Shown here one piece after another: positions 13,692 through 27,277 of a stretch of DNA of 64,000 nt. Within the stretch, counting starts at the first letter, position 1. Each line of letters opens with the position of its first letter. This DNA is from Paraspadella gotoi. Its lineage: Eukaryota; Animalia; Chaetognatha. The position numbers and the translations under genes are program-made. The stretch is from contig CM119263.1 of assembly GCA_051294375.1 (NCBI GenBank), positions 13,966,414 through 14,030,413 of the forward strand, read 5' to 3'. Under the pieces are notes generated by a model, which was given only the letters and a program-made list of their open reading frames with translations, had not been told where the DNA came from and ran no database searches.

Positions 13692-16199
13692 ATGGACGAC
13701 TCTATTGTTAACGTGTCTGAGTTAGTCATGTAAAACAGCAACTAAAAAAGAGCCGTTACTTTGTTGCTTTACGAAATAATTGCCTCCAAAGAATTTTTTT
13801 AATTGAAGCAAATTGAATTGTGCTTTTAAATTTAAGGAAACTGGACCATTTCAAACGTATCGAGGGTAAGTTTTGATTATCTGGATATAATATTTGAATA
13901 ATTATCAAAGTTTGACGTCGATATTCTGACTATTTTCTTAGACATCTCGCGATATCTCTTTGAAAAACGAATTTATTACAAGTATAAAGGAACATTATTT
14001 TTAACTGAAATAATAGAATCTAATTAATAGATTTATAAATCTTAATCAAATTTCCCCAATAAAAATAAATACAGGGACAACATCTTCTATATCATCAATC
14101 GCTTTTGAAACGGACATAATGACGAAAAGTCCTCTTATCGACGAAGGGACCATCGACGACGCCTCCAAGAATCCCTGCGCCGCCGCCGCCGCCGCCGCTG
14201 CCGACATACCAGACTCCGTCGCTGCGGTTCCTGAGAGCTCCGCCGCAGCCGCATCAGCAGCTCCAACATTCTCAAGTGCAAACTCAAGCCAAGTTCCGAG
14301 TCCGAAACAGACGGAGGTTCTCCGACAAATGCCAGTTGCTGATGCGATGCAGAACCTCTACGTTGAAGGTCCGCCTGTCGCGGAACCTGCGGCTTGCCCG
14401 ACAGTTGACCACCGTCCTCCAGCTCTTCCTCGAGAGGAGCGTCGTCCTTCTAGCTGTTCGCAATCCAACCACGAAGCCTCTTCCGCAGATTCCTCGCCGC
14501 CTCCTCAGCCAGCCCCGTTTTTCTTTCCTCCACCAATGACTTCTGTTCCGTGGCCTGCTTATCCCTATCCCGTACCACAATACGGACCGGAAATGCCCGT
14601 TGTTCCTTGTACTTCTCCCTGCTGCATGTCTCGAATACCGGAGCCGCCGCCTCCGCCACAGCAGCATCCGCATTTGGCCTACCAGGCTTACCCCATCTTC
14701 CAACCAATACCCACCATGGTGGATCACCCATTTTTCCATCGCAACGTCGGCGGCGCTCCCTTCGGTCCGCTAGGCCCGCCGCCTGGAATGGCCGGCTCAG
14801 ATCTCGGGCCTCGCGGGGGCGTGGGCTTCAGCCGAAGTGGCGCTCTTCGGGAATGCTACAACTGCCATCGCCCCGGTCACCTCGCTCGTCACTGCGCCGA
14901 GGTCTCCAGCGACAAGCAATGTTTCCACTGCCTACGCTTCGGCCACGTTGTCAGGAATTGTCCGCAGACTCGACAATGGACCCGGAGGACGGAGAGGATG
15001 GTCGGCACCGGGAGTCTCTCCTCTTCTCCCACGGATCAAGAGTGGTCATCTGACTCTGGCGGCGACCACGCGTCAGACCCCAACGACTTCCGGTCGGTGC
15101 CCGGTGACGCCGCGTCTCCCGGCGCCGAATCGGGCTTCAATCCGACCGACTACGACGTGAATCCGACCAACGCGAGATTTTTCATCATCAAAAGCAACTC
15201 GGAGCGCGACGTCCGCTCCTCCATCGCTCGCGGCGTCTGGTGTTCCACCGATCACGGGAACCGGAAGCTGGACCAAGCCTTCGCCAACCAGCGTCCCTTT
15301 GGGCCAACCCTTCTCCTCTTTAGCGTTAACAACAGCGGAAAGTTCTGCGGGATTGCGGAGATGACGAGCCGAGTGGACTTTGCCAAATCTTCGGGCATCT
15401 GGACCAACGAGCGGTTCCGCGGGGAGTTCCGGCTTAAGTGGACTCACGTCAAGGACGTCCCCAACTCGGCGCTGCGCCACATCTACTTGGCCAACAACGA
15501 GTTCAAGCCCGTCACTTTCTCGAGGGACACGCAGGAGGTCGGCATTGGTTTTTGAGATATTTGGGGAGCGGGGGTGACTATGACTAGGAGAAATCAGACG
15601 TTTCGGGTACTTATTATTTTTTTTAACGAAACTGAAAGGTTCCGTCTCGGGAGGGAAAGCGGATGCTCTATGTGATGCACAAATACAAGCACATTTCGTC
15701 GATGCTTGATTCGGCGCCTGCATCGGCGTCCACGACGGTCTCGGCCGCCGCTACTGCGGTGGAGGCAGTGGCGAACGACTTCGAAGACGGGCTGTTGGAG
15801 GCGACACGCGAGGCAGTCGAGGGATTCCTCCAACTCCCGGTCGGAATGACGTTTCATAAATTTCGACTGCCTTACCCGCCGATGGGTCCGCTGCCGCCAA
15901 TTCCCTACGGGCCCGATAACGCAGCGTTACCGCCGCCGCCGCCGCCGATGTCTACGCTGCAGCCGCTTCTTCCTCCTCCGACGCCAATCGCGGGCGCGAG
16001 TAGCGGCTTATCTGCCGTCGACTCTACCGTAGGGACTTTGCTCCAAGAGAAACAGCAGCAGCCTTTCGAGTCTCGTCAAGACCTGCAGCAAGAGCAGCAG
16101 TCCCTTCAGCCGCCAAAAAAGAAATCGCCGAGACCGGACTCTTTGGAGGAGTTTCCATCTCTGCCGAAAAAGACTCTAACTCCGCCTTTAAATGCCTGA
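13692..16199 (+). CDS. CCHC zinc-knuckle + YTH-domain (YTHDF-like) RNA-binding protein, ~693 aa
   Basis: Exons 13692-13720, 13837-13865, 14075-15537 and 15639-16199 are phase-compatible; the first two small exons are less certain than ORF 14119 onward. The product has a Pro/Gln-rich region and two C-X2-C-X4-H-X4-C knuckles (14854-14961). The YTH domain reads ARFFIIKSNSERDVRSSIARGVWCST...LLFSVNNSGKFCGIAEM...GIWTNERFRGEFRLKW...KDVPN...NNEFKPVTFSRDTQE|VPSREGKRMLYVMHKYKHISSMLD, matching the YTHDF pattern. AATAAA at 16404 and 16423. Confidence 0.92.
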
Positions 16200-16884
16200 T
16201 TGACTTTTGGCTTCGGCGCTTACCCAATTTTTTTTCTGAGTTGATTATTTTTAACTTCAAAAAAGGGAATTTTTCTATAAAATTGACTTCTTGGTCTATT
16301 TAATTTTTACAATTTTTTTTCATTTATCTTTTACAAAAAGTAATTTTTTTTATATTTTAGTTTTACACTTAGCTTAGTTTAAATTTTGATATTTTTACGA
16401 TTGAATAAATTGCTTTTTAGTTAATAAAAACGGTTCGGATTTTTTTTTATAATTCATGTTACTTTTAGCGGATTTCAGCTACTATGAACTATGTCCTTTT
16501 TTGTCTCACTTACATCTATCTTCTTTTACATAGTATTATTATTATTATTCTTTCTTTTCTTACAAAAGAATCGTTCAGTATAATGTACGTATTCGTATCC
16601 TTTTTGAAAAACATGAGTTTCAAACCCCATCTTTCGCTGGCCTCATCCCCCTTCGCCTCTCTCTCTCTGTCCCATCCCCCGGCCCTAAGCCCCCGCGCCT
16701 CGCTTCCCCCTCCCTCGCGGCTCAGTATGTTTTCGTGGAGCTTTTCTCGTCTGATACATTTGTCAAAGTAGATGTAGTCGGTTTCTCTTTGCGGCGAAGG
16801 GAAATCCGCGCGGATTCGGCGACCGATGGACCGAATATCCATTTATGAAATCCTTCGGCGGAAATTGCGAGTCGCCTTGTCGCT

Positions 16885-16915
<31 letters not shown>

Positions 16916-16994
16916 ACCCGAAATCTTGATGGTTGAAACGGCCATTTTCTCGCTCGCTTTTTTGCCTTTCATATTATTGTTCTTTCTCAGCAAC

Positions 16995-17107
<113 letters not shown>

Positions 17108-20100
17108 TCAACAGAAAACATTAAATCCAACGACGATAAAACTTTTTTCTTCTCTCTTCTTTATTCTAATTTTTATTTTCTCCCTAATCTCAAACTCTCC
17201 CTCCCATTGCAGCTAAACTTACGAGATTTCGAGAGATTGCGCTTATGTTTGGTGCTCGTTTTATCGTCTCTGATTAGGCGAAGTAAATTGATACCTTTTT
17301 TGTTCCATGTTTACCATTTTCATTTTAGTTTCTTTATTTCTGTCCAAGTATTTTTTTTTTATTTTTGTCTTTCTTTCTACTAGCTTTCTTTATTATTTTT
17401 TCTCTGAACTTTGTTTTTTTCTTTCTTATTCCTTATATCCTTTTTTTTTCCGAAAAGAAAGTATTAAACCGCGTGGCACTAAATTCTTTCCTCGGCCGTC
17501 AAATTACACCCGTTTTACATTCTAATAGTCTCTTTATGGTCATACGAAAATCCTTATAACACATCGGGAGGCGCGATGCTTTTTTTTTTTCTTAGTAGTT
17601 TCCGCCGCCGCCGCCGCCAAACGGTCGGCGCTCTTGCCGCTCGGTCGTGAGACAGATTTAACCAGTCGGTGATAGATTACAGTTATTGGGCGGGGAAACT
17701 GCCAGTTAAGGCAAAGCACATTACCAGAACTCTTTTCTCGACTCAAGGCAGTGGATTATGTTGATCGCGGGCCCCGGCGTGTCACAACCAGATTTATGTA
17801 CTAAAACCCACTTAGGGAGAAGGGCGTTGATGGAGGCGGGAGGGAAGTGAGAACTGGGGGAGTGAGAAGTCTGGAAAAGGGCAAAAGCGATTTTATCCGG
17901 AATAAGGGAGCCGGTAAGAGAGAGTCAATCGCGGAGAAGTGGGCGCCATTTTGATAGAGAGGAGTTGTTAAAGAGAAGTTTAATAGTAAAAGAATTACGA
18001 GTGTGTTGCGTCGACTATGGTTAAGATACATAATTACTAGATGGAAGGAAATCTGTTTAAATTTGTAAGTATTCACGTGGAGCTACTTTATAAAACTGTT
18101 GGAACAATACTTCGTAGTCATTAACAGGGTTGGTTAAAGATCTCTCTGAAAATACTCGATACTCTTCGGTCTATAGGTCTATAGGTCTATAGCCAATGCA
18201 TCCATAACACAATTGCCGAAATCTCTTTCGAGGCAAAACCTTATTCTGAGCAGATAATTTTTTCGTTCTCTTCCCCCCAACTTTTTGTTCTTTCTTTCGT
18301 CGTGTTTTCGCGATGTCTGCCTATCATTATTAACCTTTACGCCCCTCATCTCGTCACCTCACCTCACCTCGCTCTTCACCTCGCACGCGCGTCAACTCGC
18401 GCGTGCTCTCTACCCCTTTTTTTTCATACGCGATTCCCAACTTCCGCGGAATATTTTTTTTTAGCGGTTTTGCATCTGTCAAACGACGTTGTAATGCAAA
18501 AGCCATTGTTGTTGGCAATCGCTGCCGACGCGATGACAAGAGGATTGGGAAAGGATGGAAGAGGAACGAGGGAGAGGAAGAGAGGATAAAGGAGAGAGAA
18601 AGGACGTGGCAATAGAAAAGAATAGAAAAGAAAAATCCGTGATAGGGAGAAGACGGAGGGTACGAGGGGAAAGGGTAGTAGGGGAAAAAAAAGAAAACGA
18701 TAGATTGAGGAGAAAAAATGTGGGGAAAAAGCAAACGAGAAAAAAAAATAAATTGGGGGCAGTAAGACTAAGAGATAGAAAAAAAGAAAAAAGAAAGGAA
18801 GGCAGGGAGACAGAAGGAAAAGGAAAAGGAAGGCAGGGAGACAGAAGGAAAAAGAAAAGGAAGGCAGCGAGGGGAGAGGCGAAGAAAAGGATCAGCGCCT
18901 GATCGTCAATTACGACAAGCGACGGAATATAAATAAAGAATGGGTCCATTAAGACGGCGGAATTCACGGAAATGAAATTTGGAATAGAAATGGGGAGGCG
19001 GCGCGGCCGAGAGCCGAGAGCCGCTCCCACTAACGTGTGAAACTAAGTTAACGATTAGCTTTTTTTCACTGCTGTTAGAATCGCCGGCACGAAAGAAATA
19101 AAGTTCAAAGTAAGTTTAAAGTGAAAAATAAATGACTGCTTCGATAAAAATGAAATTACATGAGGTACAAAAGTGTAAAATTATAGTATAAAAGATGGTA
19201 ATCATTTGAAAACTACCGATATCATTTATGTTATTTTGATTATCATGAAACCTCTAACAAAATTCCTTAAAATATATTCAAAAACAAAACCGAAAAACTT
19301 TTGACTTTCATGCGACACTGAATAACAATAATGCCAAAAGAAGAAAGGTGCGAAATATAAATTTCAGAAACGTTGAATGGCAGACGAAGAGGCGGAATTT
19401 ATTAGCATTATTATGAACTTTAGAAAGTTTAAACTTTTATTTGATAATTTAAAAATCTTGCTCTACCAGAATGAACTCCATCTCGTATTTTTTACTTCTA
19501 AAGGCAAAAAGGATTTAAAAAAAAACTAATCATATGATTGATTAATTTCTATATATCCTTGACTTTGAGAAGGAGTCGTTAAAACTACCGAGGCGAAGGG
19601 AATATCGAGCGTTGAAAATTGCTCCTTTGTTATGAAAACAGGAATCGTAGGAGTTTTCACATCAGAAAAACAGTTCCATGTAATGGCGCCCGATTTTATA
19701 CGAGGACCAAGTGAGACAATAAAGAAGGAAATTCCATTTGCGGTGAAGAAATATCTTTTGACTCCCCAAACCCCTTGACGCTGCAACCCCCAATGGCAGA
19801 GTAGTGCTACACAAACAAAATATATTAGTATGTAGGTTGTATTGTAGAATTATCGTCGTATGAAATTCGATAACCTGAATTTTCTAAAATATATTTAAAT
19901 TAAAAAAAAACTTATTTTAATCTTAGGTCTTAGCTTGCTCAGCTTGCCTTTCTCAAAGGTTCTTCTCAGTTGACGGCCTCCGCTTACCCGACTCAGACTT
20001 TATGACTTTTCCGCCCTTTCCGTTTCAATGTTTCCTCCGAAGCAGTTTTTCTTTTTTTCAATTTAAAATCCGGCACCTTTTTAAATTAACCGAATTTCTG

Positions 20101-20120
20101 TTGCGCCCAAATCAACCTCT

Positions 20121-20199
<79 letters not shown>

Positions 20200-20623
20200 A
20201 AAAAAAAAAAAAATTGAAATTTGAAAATGGGTCCCGTTAAAAAAAGGGAAGCGGGACGAAGGGAAACGATCGTCGACGGTGATTGAATTTGTTTGGATTG
20301 CAAATCAGGGAGATCAGCCACAAACGAGATTACGGCCGACGGCCTTTCGAATCTTTTAGCGCGCGAGAGGCGTGTGGGCGTTTGTGGGCGTTTGTGGGCG
20401 AGGGGGGGGACAAGGTATTTTTAAAGGGGGAAGAAATAAAAAAAAAACAACTTGATGGGTCGAACGAAAAGATGCGGAACTACTGCCTCATTTATAGAAT
20501 CTATATCCTGTTAGAATTCATGGTTTTAGTCTCATTTTTAAGTCGCGTTCGTTTTAATTAAAAGGAACCGAGAGACGGACGCAGATGCGTCGCCTCAATC
20601 TCCGCGAAAATCCTCGACGAGTA

Positions 20624-20690
<67 letters not shown>

Positions 20691-20698
20691 AAGAGAGA

Positions 20699-20755
<57 letters not shown>

Positions 20756-23700
20756 TCAAGATAGGCATGAAATAATTGCATTTGTCAAAAGGCAATCGGA
20801 AAGTGTTTATGGAGAACACAAATGAGAGAGGATCTCTTCCTTTTCCTCTTCCTCTTCCCGCTCTTCCTTTTTTTCCCTTTTTTTCCGTCGAGGAAGAAGG
20901 GAAAAGTTCAAAGGAGGGTTGAGGGAAGACTGCGGAGGAAAAATTGTGGAGAATCTGAGAGTCAGATAGAAGAATATAATAGTTATGTGAAAAAAACAAT
21001 TTAATTTGTGTGGGGGGGGGATTCATAGAAAATAACGAATAAGAAAAAAATAAAACGAAAAAGCCAACCTTACAAAAAAATACGGAAGAAAAGAAAGGAG
21101 GCAGGTGGAGAAGTTTAGAGAAAAGACTAAAAGTTAGAAGGAAAAAAAAAGAGTTGGAGAAATTGATAAAATATAAAGACTCGGTTGCCCTGGGGAATTC
21201 GGGGACACGTCAGGAAAGTGGAGAGGTGAGCGAAGAAAGTCCTTTCTCTCTCTCTAGAGACAGAAAGAGAAAGAGCAGGAAGGGAAAGGTGAGAAAAACG
21301 AGAAGTTACCTGCATCGGAAGTCTTTCTCATTTTTACTTTCCGAATTTAAATTGTTGTTAAACTTGTTCGCTCCTTTCGCGAAGTAAAAAAAAAAATATT
21401 GCTTACATTTTCGACCGTATTACATCATAGAAAATAAAGTGAAATAAAAAAAGATCGAACAAATAGAAAAGGAAACAAAAACAACAATGGAAGAAATAGA
21501 GTCGCTTCGATGATTCCATAACCGCTTGTCTTCTCTCTCGTCCTCTTCCTCTTCCTCCTTCTTTTCCTCATCCTCTTCCACCTCCTCCTCCTCCTCCGCC
21601 CATGGCATCAGTTGGTGGCTCTTTAATGCCGTCAATCCAATTAGAGCGTCAAATAGTTAGCGAATACCAAGTTGACGACGACAAAAACGACGTTGCAAAT
21701 GACGCCGACCGCTATAGCCGATCACTACGGTTGCGTAGGGAGTTTTTCGCATTGTTGTCCGCGTGATTTCGACGATATTTAGCAATGTTTGCTGTAACAA
21801 TTTTCGTGGACGAAAATAAGACACGATATAAAAATCACAAAGAGTTTAGCGATTTCTTAGTTCTTTGTATAACGGAATAAAAATATTTTCTAAACACAAA
21901 TGGAAACCAAACTATTCAATCTTTTGATATCTTACATTATCACTATTTTACTGTAGTGAGCTCGATCCAATCTCTTCTTCCTTGCCTCGCCCACTCCCTC
22001 CCTCCTTATTCTTTATCTTCCCCTCCCCCTTCCCCTCCTTCTTCCCCTCCCCCTTCCCCTGCCACAATCTCTCTCTCAGATTCCATCGATTGTAAACCCT
22101 TTTCTTTTTTCTCCTCGCTCAGTTCCATCACTCTCTTGTCCCCTCCCTTTTTCCCCGTATATTTTCCCTTCCTCCTCCGAACCCATAAGATTCCATCTTC
22201 CGGAACTAAGGACTTCCTTCTCTCCCTATCCTCCCCTTCTCTCTCTCTCCCTCTCTCTCTCTCTCTGTCTCTCCTCCCCGCTTCCAACGGAGGGATGAGA
22301 TTTTACCGCAAAGCCGCCGACGCAAGGGAACGGGTGGCGGCGTCGGCGGCGTCGGTCGGCGGCGGGAGAGCGGCGTCCCTCCTTTGTTTGTATTCAAAAT
22401 GAAATCATGACGCTTCATAGAACACAAGAAAAGATGAAATCGAGCATTTTTTATAATTTTATTCAATTTTCTAATTCGTCGCGGAAGTTTATTTGAAAGA
22501 AGAGCGCGCACGGCTCTTTCCATCTTTTGTCTCTGTATTTTCCTGCTTTTTTTTTTTTGGTTTTCCGGTTCCGGACATGTTTGCTCTTTTTTTTATATCA
22601 ACATTTTTTTAGGCACAGAAAATAAAATGAATTATTGAAGACGGAAAAAATTTAGACTCGTTTAATCGGGCCGAAGAATAAGCGCCCGGAATAATTAATC
22701 GCTTTTTACTTATAAATATTCCGTTCAGTTATGAATAGGTTTAAACGGGTTTTCGTATGGAGCAAATAAAAGTGTAACTTGAGTAGGGACTTAATTAATT
22801 CGCTTCCGAGTCGGAAGAGGAAATAATAAAAAAGAATTAGAAAAAAAACCTGAAAGCGGATGAAACGGGAATGTGAACAAAAACTGTCGATCGACTCTGA
22901 GTATATAAACATTAGTCACGATCCTCGATACTTGCCTGGTTTTTTCGAAACATTATAGCATTCTTTGAGAATTTTACTTCAACAATATAAAGCACGTCGA
23001 AAAATTCGAGAAACATAGCCCTATTCTGTCCACCAGCTAATACAATTTCATTAGATATTTTAATTACAATTTCCCTTTTCTTAATGCGAAGCCCCACGAC
23101 TCGTTTCGTCTCTACTCTCTCCCTCTCTTTTCTCTGGCTCTCGACAAAAAGGAAACGTTGTCATGAAGAGACAATTTAGCCTCGACGGAAGAAGGAGAAG
23201 AAAAAGAAAAGATGAAGAGACAAGAGAAAAAAATAAGAAGGAGAGGAAAAGATAAAAGAAGGAGAAATGAGAAGCGGAAGAAGAAGACATTCGCAGATAC
23301 GCGAAACAAATGAGTTGTTGCCAGAGTTTTTAATTTCCCGCCTCCTCGATTTATTATGTCATTTATCGAAATGTCTGGAGAAGGCGAGGACTGCGGAGGC
23401 GGAGAAGGCACGCCCCGAGAGGCACGCCCCGTCGCGTTTCACCGCCCACCCATCCTCCCTATTCAAACTACGACGCGCCTTCCCTTAATGATTCATACTT
23501 TTATCTTAAGTTGTTGCCATTAGACGTTTTTCGCGTGCAACGAGAAAGGGGAATCGGGAGATGGTGGGGTTTGTCTTACTAACGCAACAAAATGCCCGAA
23601 CTAACGTCTCAATCCATTCGAAACCTCACTCTTCTCCCCACGCTTTCCTTACCCTGCCTCTCCAACTCCCCACCCAAATAACTTACCCCTTAGGCCCTAA

Positions 23701-23932
23701 CCCCCTCTTCCTTAAATCTCTTAAACCGACGAGACGTTTCTTTAAAAAAAAAGAAAGTCTTGTCTGCATGGAGACGGATCGTCTAGAAACATGGTAACCA
23801 GAATAAATTCATTAAAGGCGGGAAAAACGATAAGAAATGGATTTGGGGTCTAGCTCGCCGTCGAAATGCCGACAGAATTAATCATGACCAATTTTTCTCT
23901 AATCGTTTTTCACTCTAACGCTCCTTCCTTTA

Positions 23933-24023
<91 letters not shown>

Positions 24024-25010
24024 GCAGAGCGGAGATTTTGCCGGCACAGAGGCGGGCGGGCTGCCGACGCCGAGTGGGTCAGCGTCGACGCGGGGTTTCG
24101 CCCCGTTGACGTTCCCTTCTTCTTTCCACACCCTCTCGTCATTGACCTCATTGTCGCTGGCCCGTAGCTTCGCCAATCCGCGCCACCGCCGCCCCCACTT
24201 CCGCCGCCGCCGCCCCCGCAGCAGCCGCTCTTCCCGTTTCAGCGGTCGCCGGTTCCACCCGCGCCGATGGCGCCACTTCCGCCGTTTCCGCCGCCTCTCA
24301 CGGAAGGCGCCCGGGAACGCCCCTTGGCGACGAGGGAAAGTTTCGGTAAGGAAGGAAATTTTCCCCATTTTCCTTTCCGGTTTTTAGATTCAGAAATCGA
24401 AATCAGAAACAATTTCAATTTTATGTTCCTGAATTTGATTTTTTTCTCTTTTATTCATGGCCGTCGGAATAGAAGGAATTGTGGAGGTGAGAAAATTGGC
24501 CGTCATTTAATTCATTAGATTTACAACACATTTTGTATTTCATTTATTACATCTCGTACATTTGAATATTATCAGTGTAATTTATGTCATTTATTTAGTT
24601 TTTTGTAACAACCATACTTTCTTAAAATTCAAAATTGAATGATTTTCGTATTATCGCTATCAAAAAACAAAAAGCATATTGTTTATTTAGTATTTCCCCT
24701 GAAATAAAAACCTCCCGACTTTTCCTTTCGTACTAAATAATTTTCTCGAGAAATCCCCGAGTCACCCAGATTCGCCTCGCGTCTCATCTCTTGCTCAACT
24801 TCTCCGCGAAACTTTTTTTTTAATCAGTTTCAATCTCCCACATAACTATTTCTCTCTCCCCCACTCCCTTTTCAATCTAACTCAATTTTCTCTCTTCTGA
24901 TTGTTCTTTTTTTTTTCCTTTCCTTTTTCCCCCTTTTTTATTTTTCCACTTTTCCCCGGGAAATTTTCCATTTTCCGGCGCGAATAATAATAATAATAAA
25001 AAAAAAAAAG

Positions 25011-26693
25011 ATGAACGCCAATCCGGAAGAGGAGGAGGAGGAGGCGTCCTCTTCGGCGGCTGACGGCGTTCCCGCGCTCGCGCCGTCGTCCTCTTCGTCG
25101 TCGTCGTGTCGCCGTCGTCGTTCGCCAGACGGTCGTCGTCGTCACCGCCGTCGTCGGCCCGCGTCGTCGTCCTCGTCGTCGTCATCGTCGTCGGCGAGCG
25201 AGGCCGAAGCTCGTCCCGCGACGAAGGAGGGGAAGAGGAAGAGGGGAGAGGGAGATAAGGACGAGGTAAGAGTGGGGGAGGGTGAAAGGGTAACGACTAA
25301 CGAGTATGTGTAAGAAAAAAGGTTTTAAAAGAAATGAACTAAATTCATGTTCTTTGAGATTAAATCTTTTAGTTTAATTTCCAAAACAAATGTAAAAAAA
25401 AAGCATAGAGTTAACCTAGTTCTTGGTAAATTTTAAGAAAACCGCTTCCACATTTCGCATTCAGGCTTCCCCCGACTTGGCGGCGTTCTTTAGACGCTAC
25501 GGCGCCTACTTCCCCAACCGCTACGAGAGTCCGCTTCGTCTGGATCCCCCAGGCCACGCCTACTTGATGGAGGATCCCTCGATATCTGGCGAGCGGACGA
25601 TGACTGTTTCGAAACCCATTCCCTTGGCTGGTTGGTTAATACTACGAAGAGATCGATAAGAAGGAAGGAAATATCTGCTGGTCATAAACTATAAAGTTTA
25701 TAGTAGATTAAAAATTTAAAGATTAAAAAACAATAGAAATATATATATGATATCTGTGTTTGGATTAATATAAACTTAATTAAAGCGTGAGCTAAGATAA
25801 AAACTAAAGAAAAAACTCTTTGATAACTCCTTTTCCCCCTGTTTTCCGAACTCTTGCCCTCGCAGCCCCTTACCCCGAGTGGCCCCTCGCGTCCCTCTTC
25901 GGCGCCGCAGCGGCTGCTGCTGTCTCGCCGCTCAGAACCGACGCCTCGAGTCACGCCAGTCCGCCCGGAAGCTACGTCTCCCCGGAAGAGGTGAGGATTT
26001 TTCTTTAAACGGTCTTTCGAATATCGCCATCCTTACTCATATCGTAATTAATCTCCGCAGCCCTTTTCTCCTCCAATGAGCCCGAGAGGATCCGCACTCC
26101 AGTTTTTCCCGGTTTTTTCGCCGCGATATTCGGTCGGACTCCTGGCCAACGCGGGTGAGCAGCTGGGATGAATGTTGAATAAACAAAACAAAAAAAAAAA
26201 AAAATAGGTTTACAGCCGCGCCCTTTTTTTCCACTTCCCTCCTTTTACATTTTCAGTTCAACCCGTGACCTCCTTTCGATCTCCACTCTTCGCCCCGCCC
26301 ACCCCGTCGCAGCCTCCCAGTCAATTGCCGACTCGGCCGCCGGAGCGTCCTCCCACGCCGGTCAGAGCTCAGGCAGCGAACGGGGATTCACGCATTCCGT
26401 CGTCGCCCGTCTCTAAACCGTGAGAAAATCCTCAACTGTTGTCTCGAGTTCTTTTCGTGTTTATTTATATTTATTTATATATTTTTACCGATTTTTTGTG
26501 TTTACTTTTCTCGAGGCTTTTTTTTTCCCGTTTCCTCTCTTCTGTAGCGAAATATTTGTCCTTTGGTTTCCTGAGATTGTTTTAATTTTCTACTGTACCA
26601 ATGTTCTTTCTTTCTTTATTTCTTTATTTATTTATTTATTTATTTTTTATTTTTTATTTTTTTATATTTAATTATTTATTATTTTTTTTATTT

Positions 26694-26724
<31 letters not shown>

Positions 26725-26788
26725 TTTATTTTTTTATTTTTATTATTTATTATTATTTTTATTATTTATTTATTATTATTTATTATTT

Positions 26789-26836
<48 letters not shown>

Positions 26837-27190
26837 TAGCGCCTACAGTTTCCACGTAACTCCGGGCGACGGCGGCGATTTGATTCCCGTCGCCTTCACC
26901 GCGGAGGCGTTGACGACGCCCGGTATTCCTCGTCATGCTCGTCAAGCGACGACTTTACCGCACGGCGACGTCGTCGGTGCCGTCGCCGTCGCGAGAGCGG
27001 CGCCGATCGTCTTCACGGGAGGCAAGGTGAGGGAGTGACAGGCTTGATTGTCACTTGGTGAGGGTTAGACCGTCTCGTATTCATCAGTTGCAATTTTTTT
27101 ATTCCGAGCAGGGAACCGTGAAAGTTTGGGACATAACAAAGTCAACGCCGGAGAATATGGTGTCGAGTTTCAATGTCATAGTAAGTTGCG

Positions 27191-27277
<87 letters not shown>

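Noticed and set aside
14854-14961. CCHC knuckles as a retroviral/LTR Gag nucleocapsid
   Set aside because: No capsid, protease, RT or LTRs nearby; the sequence resembles cellular CNBP-type knuckles and is in frame with YTH.
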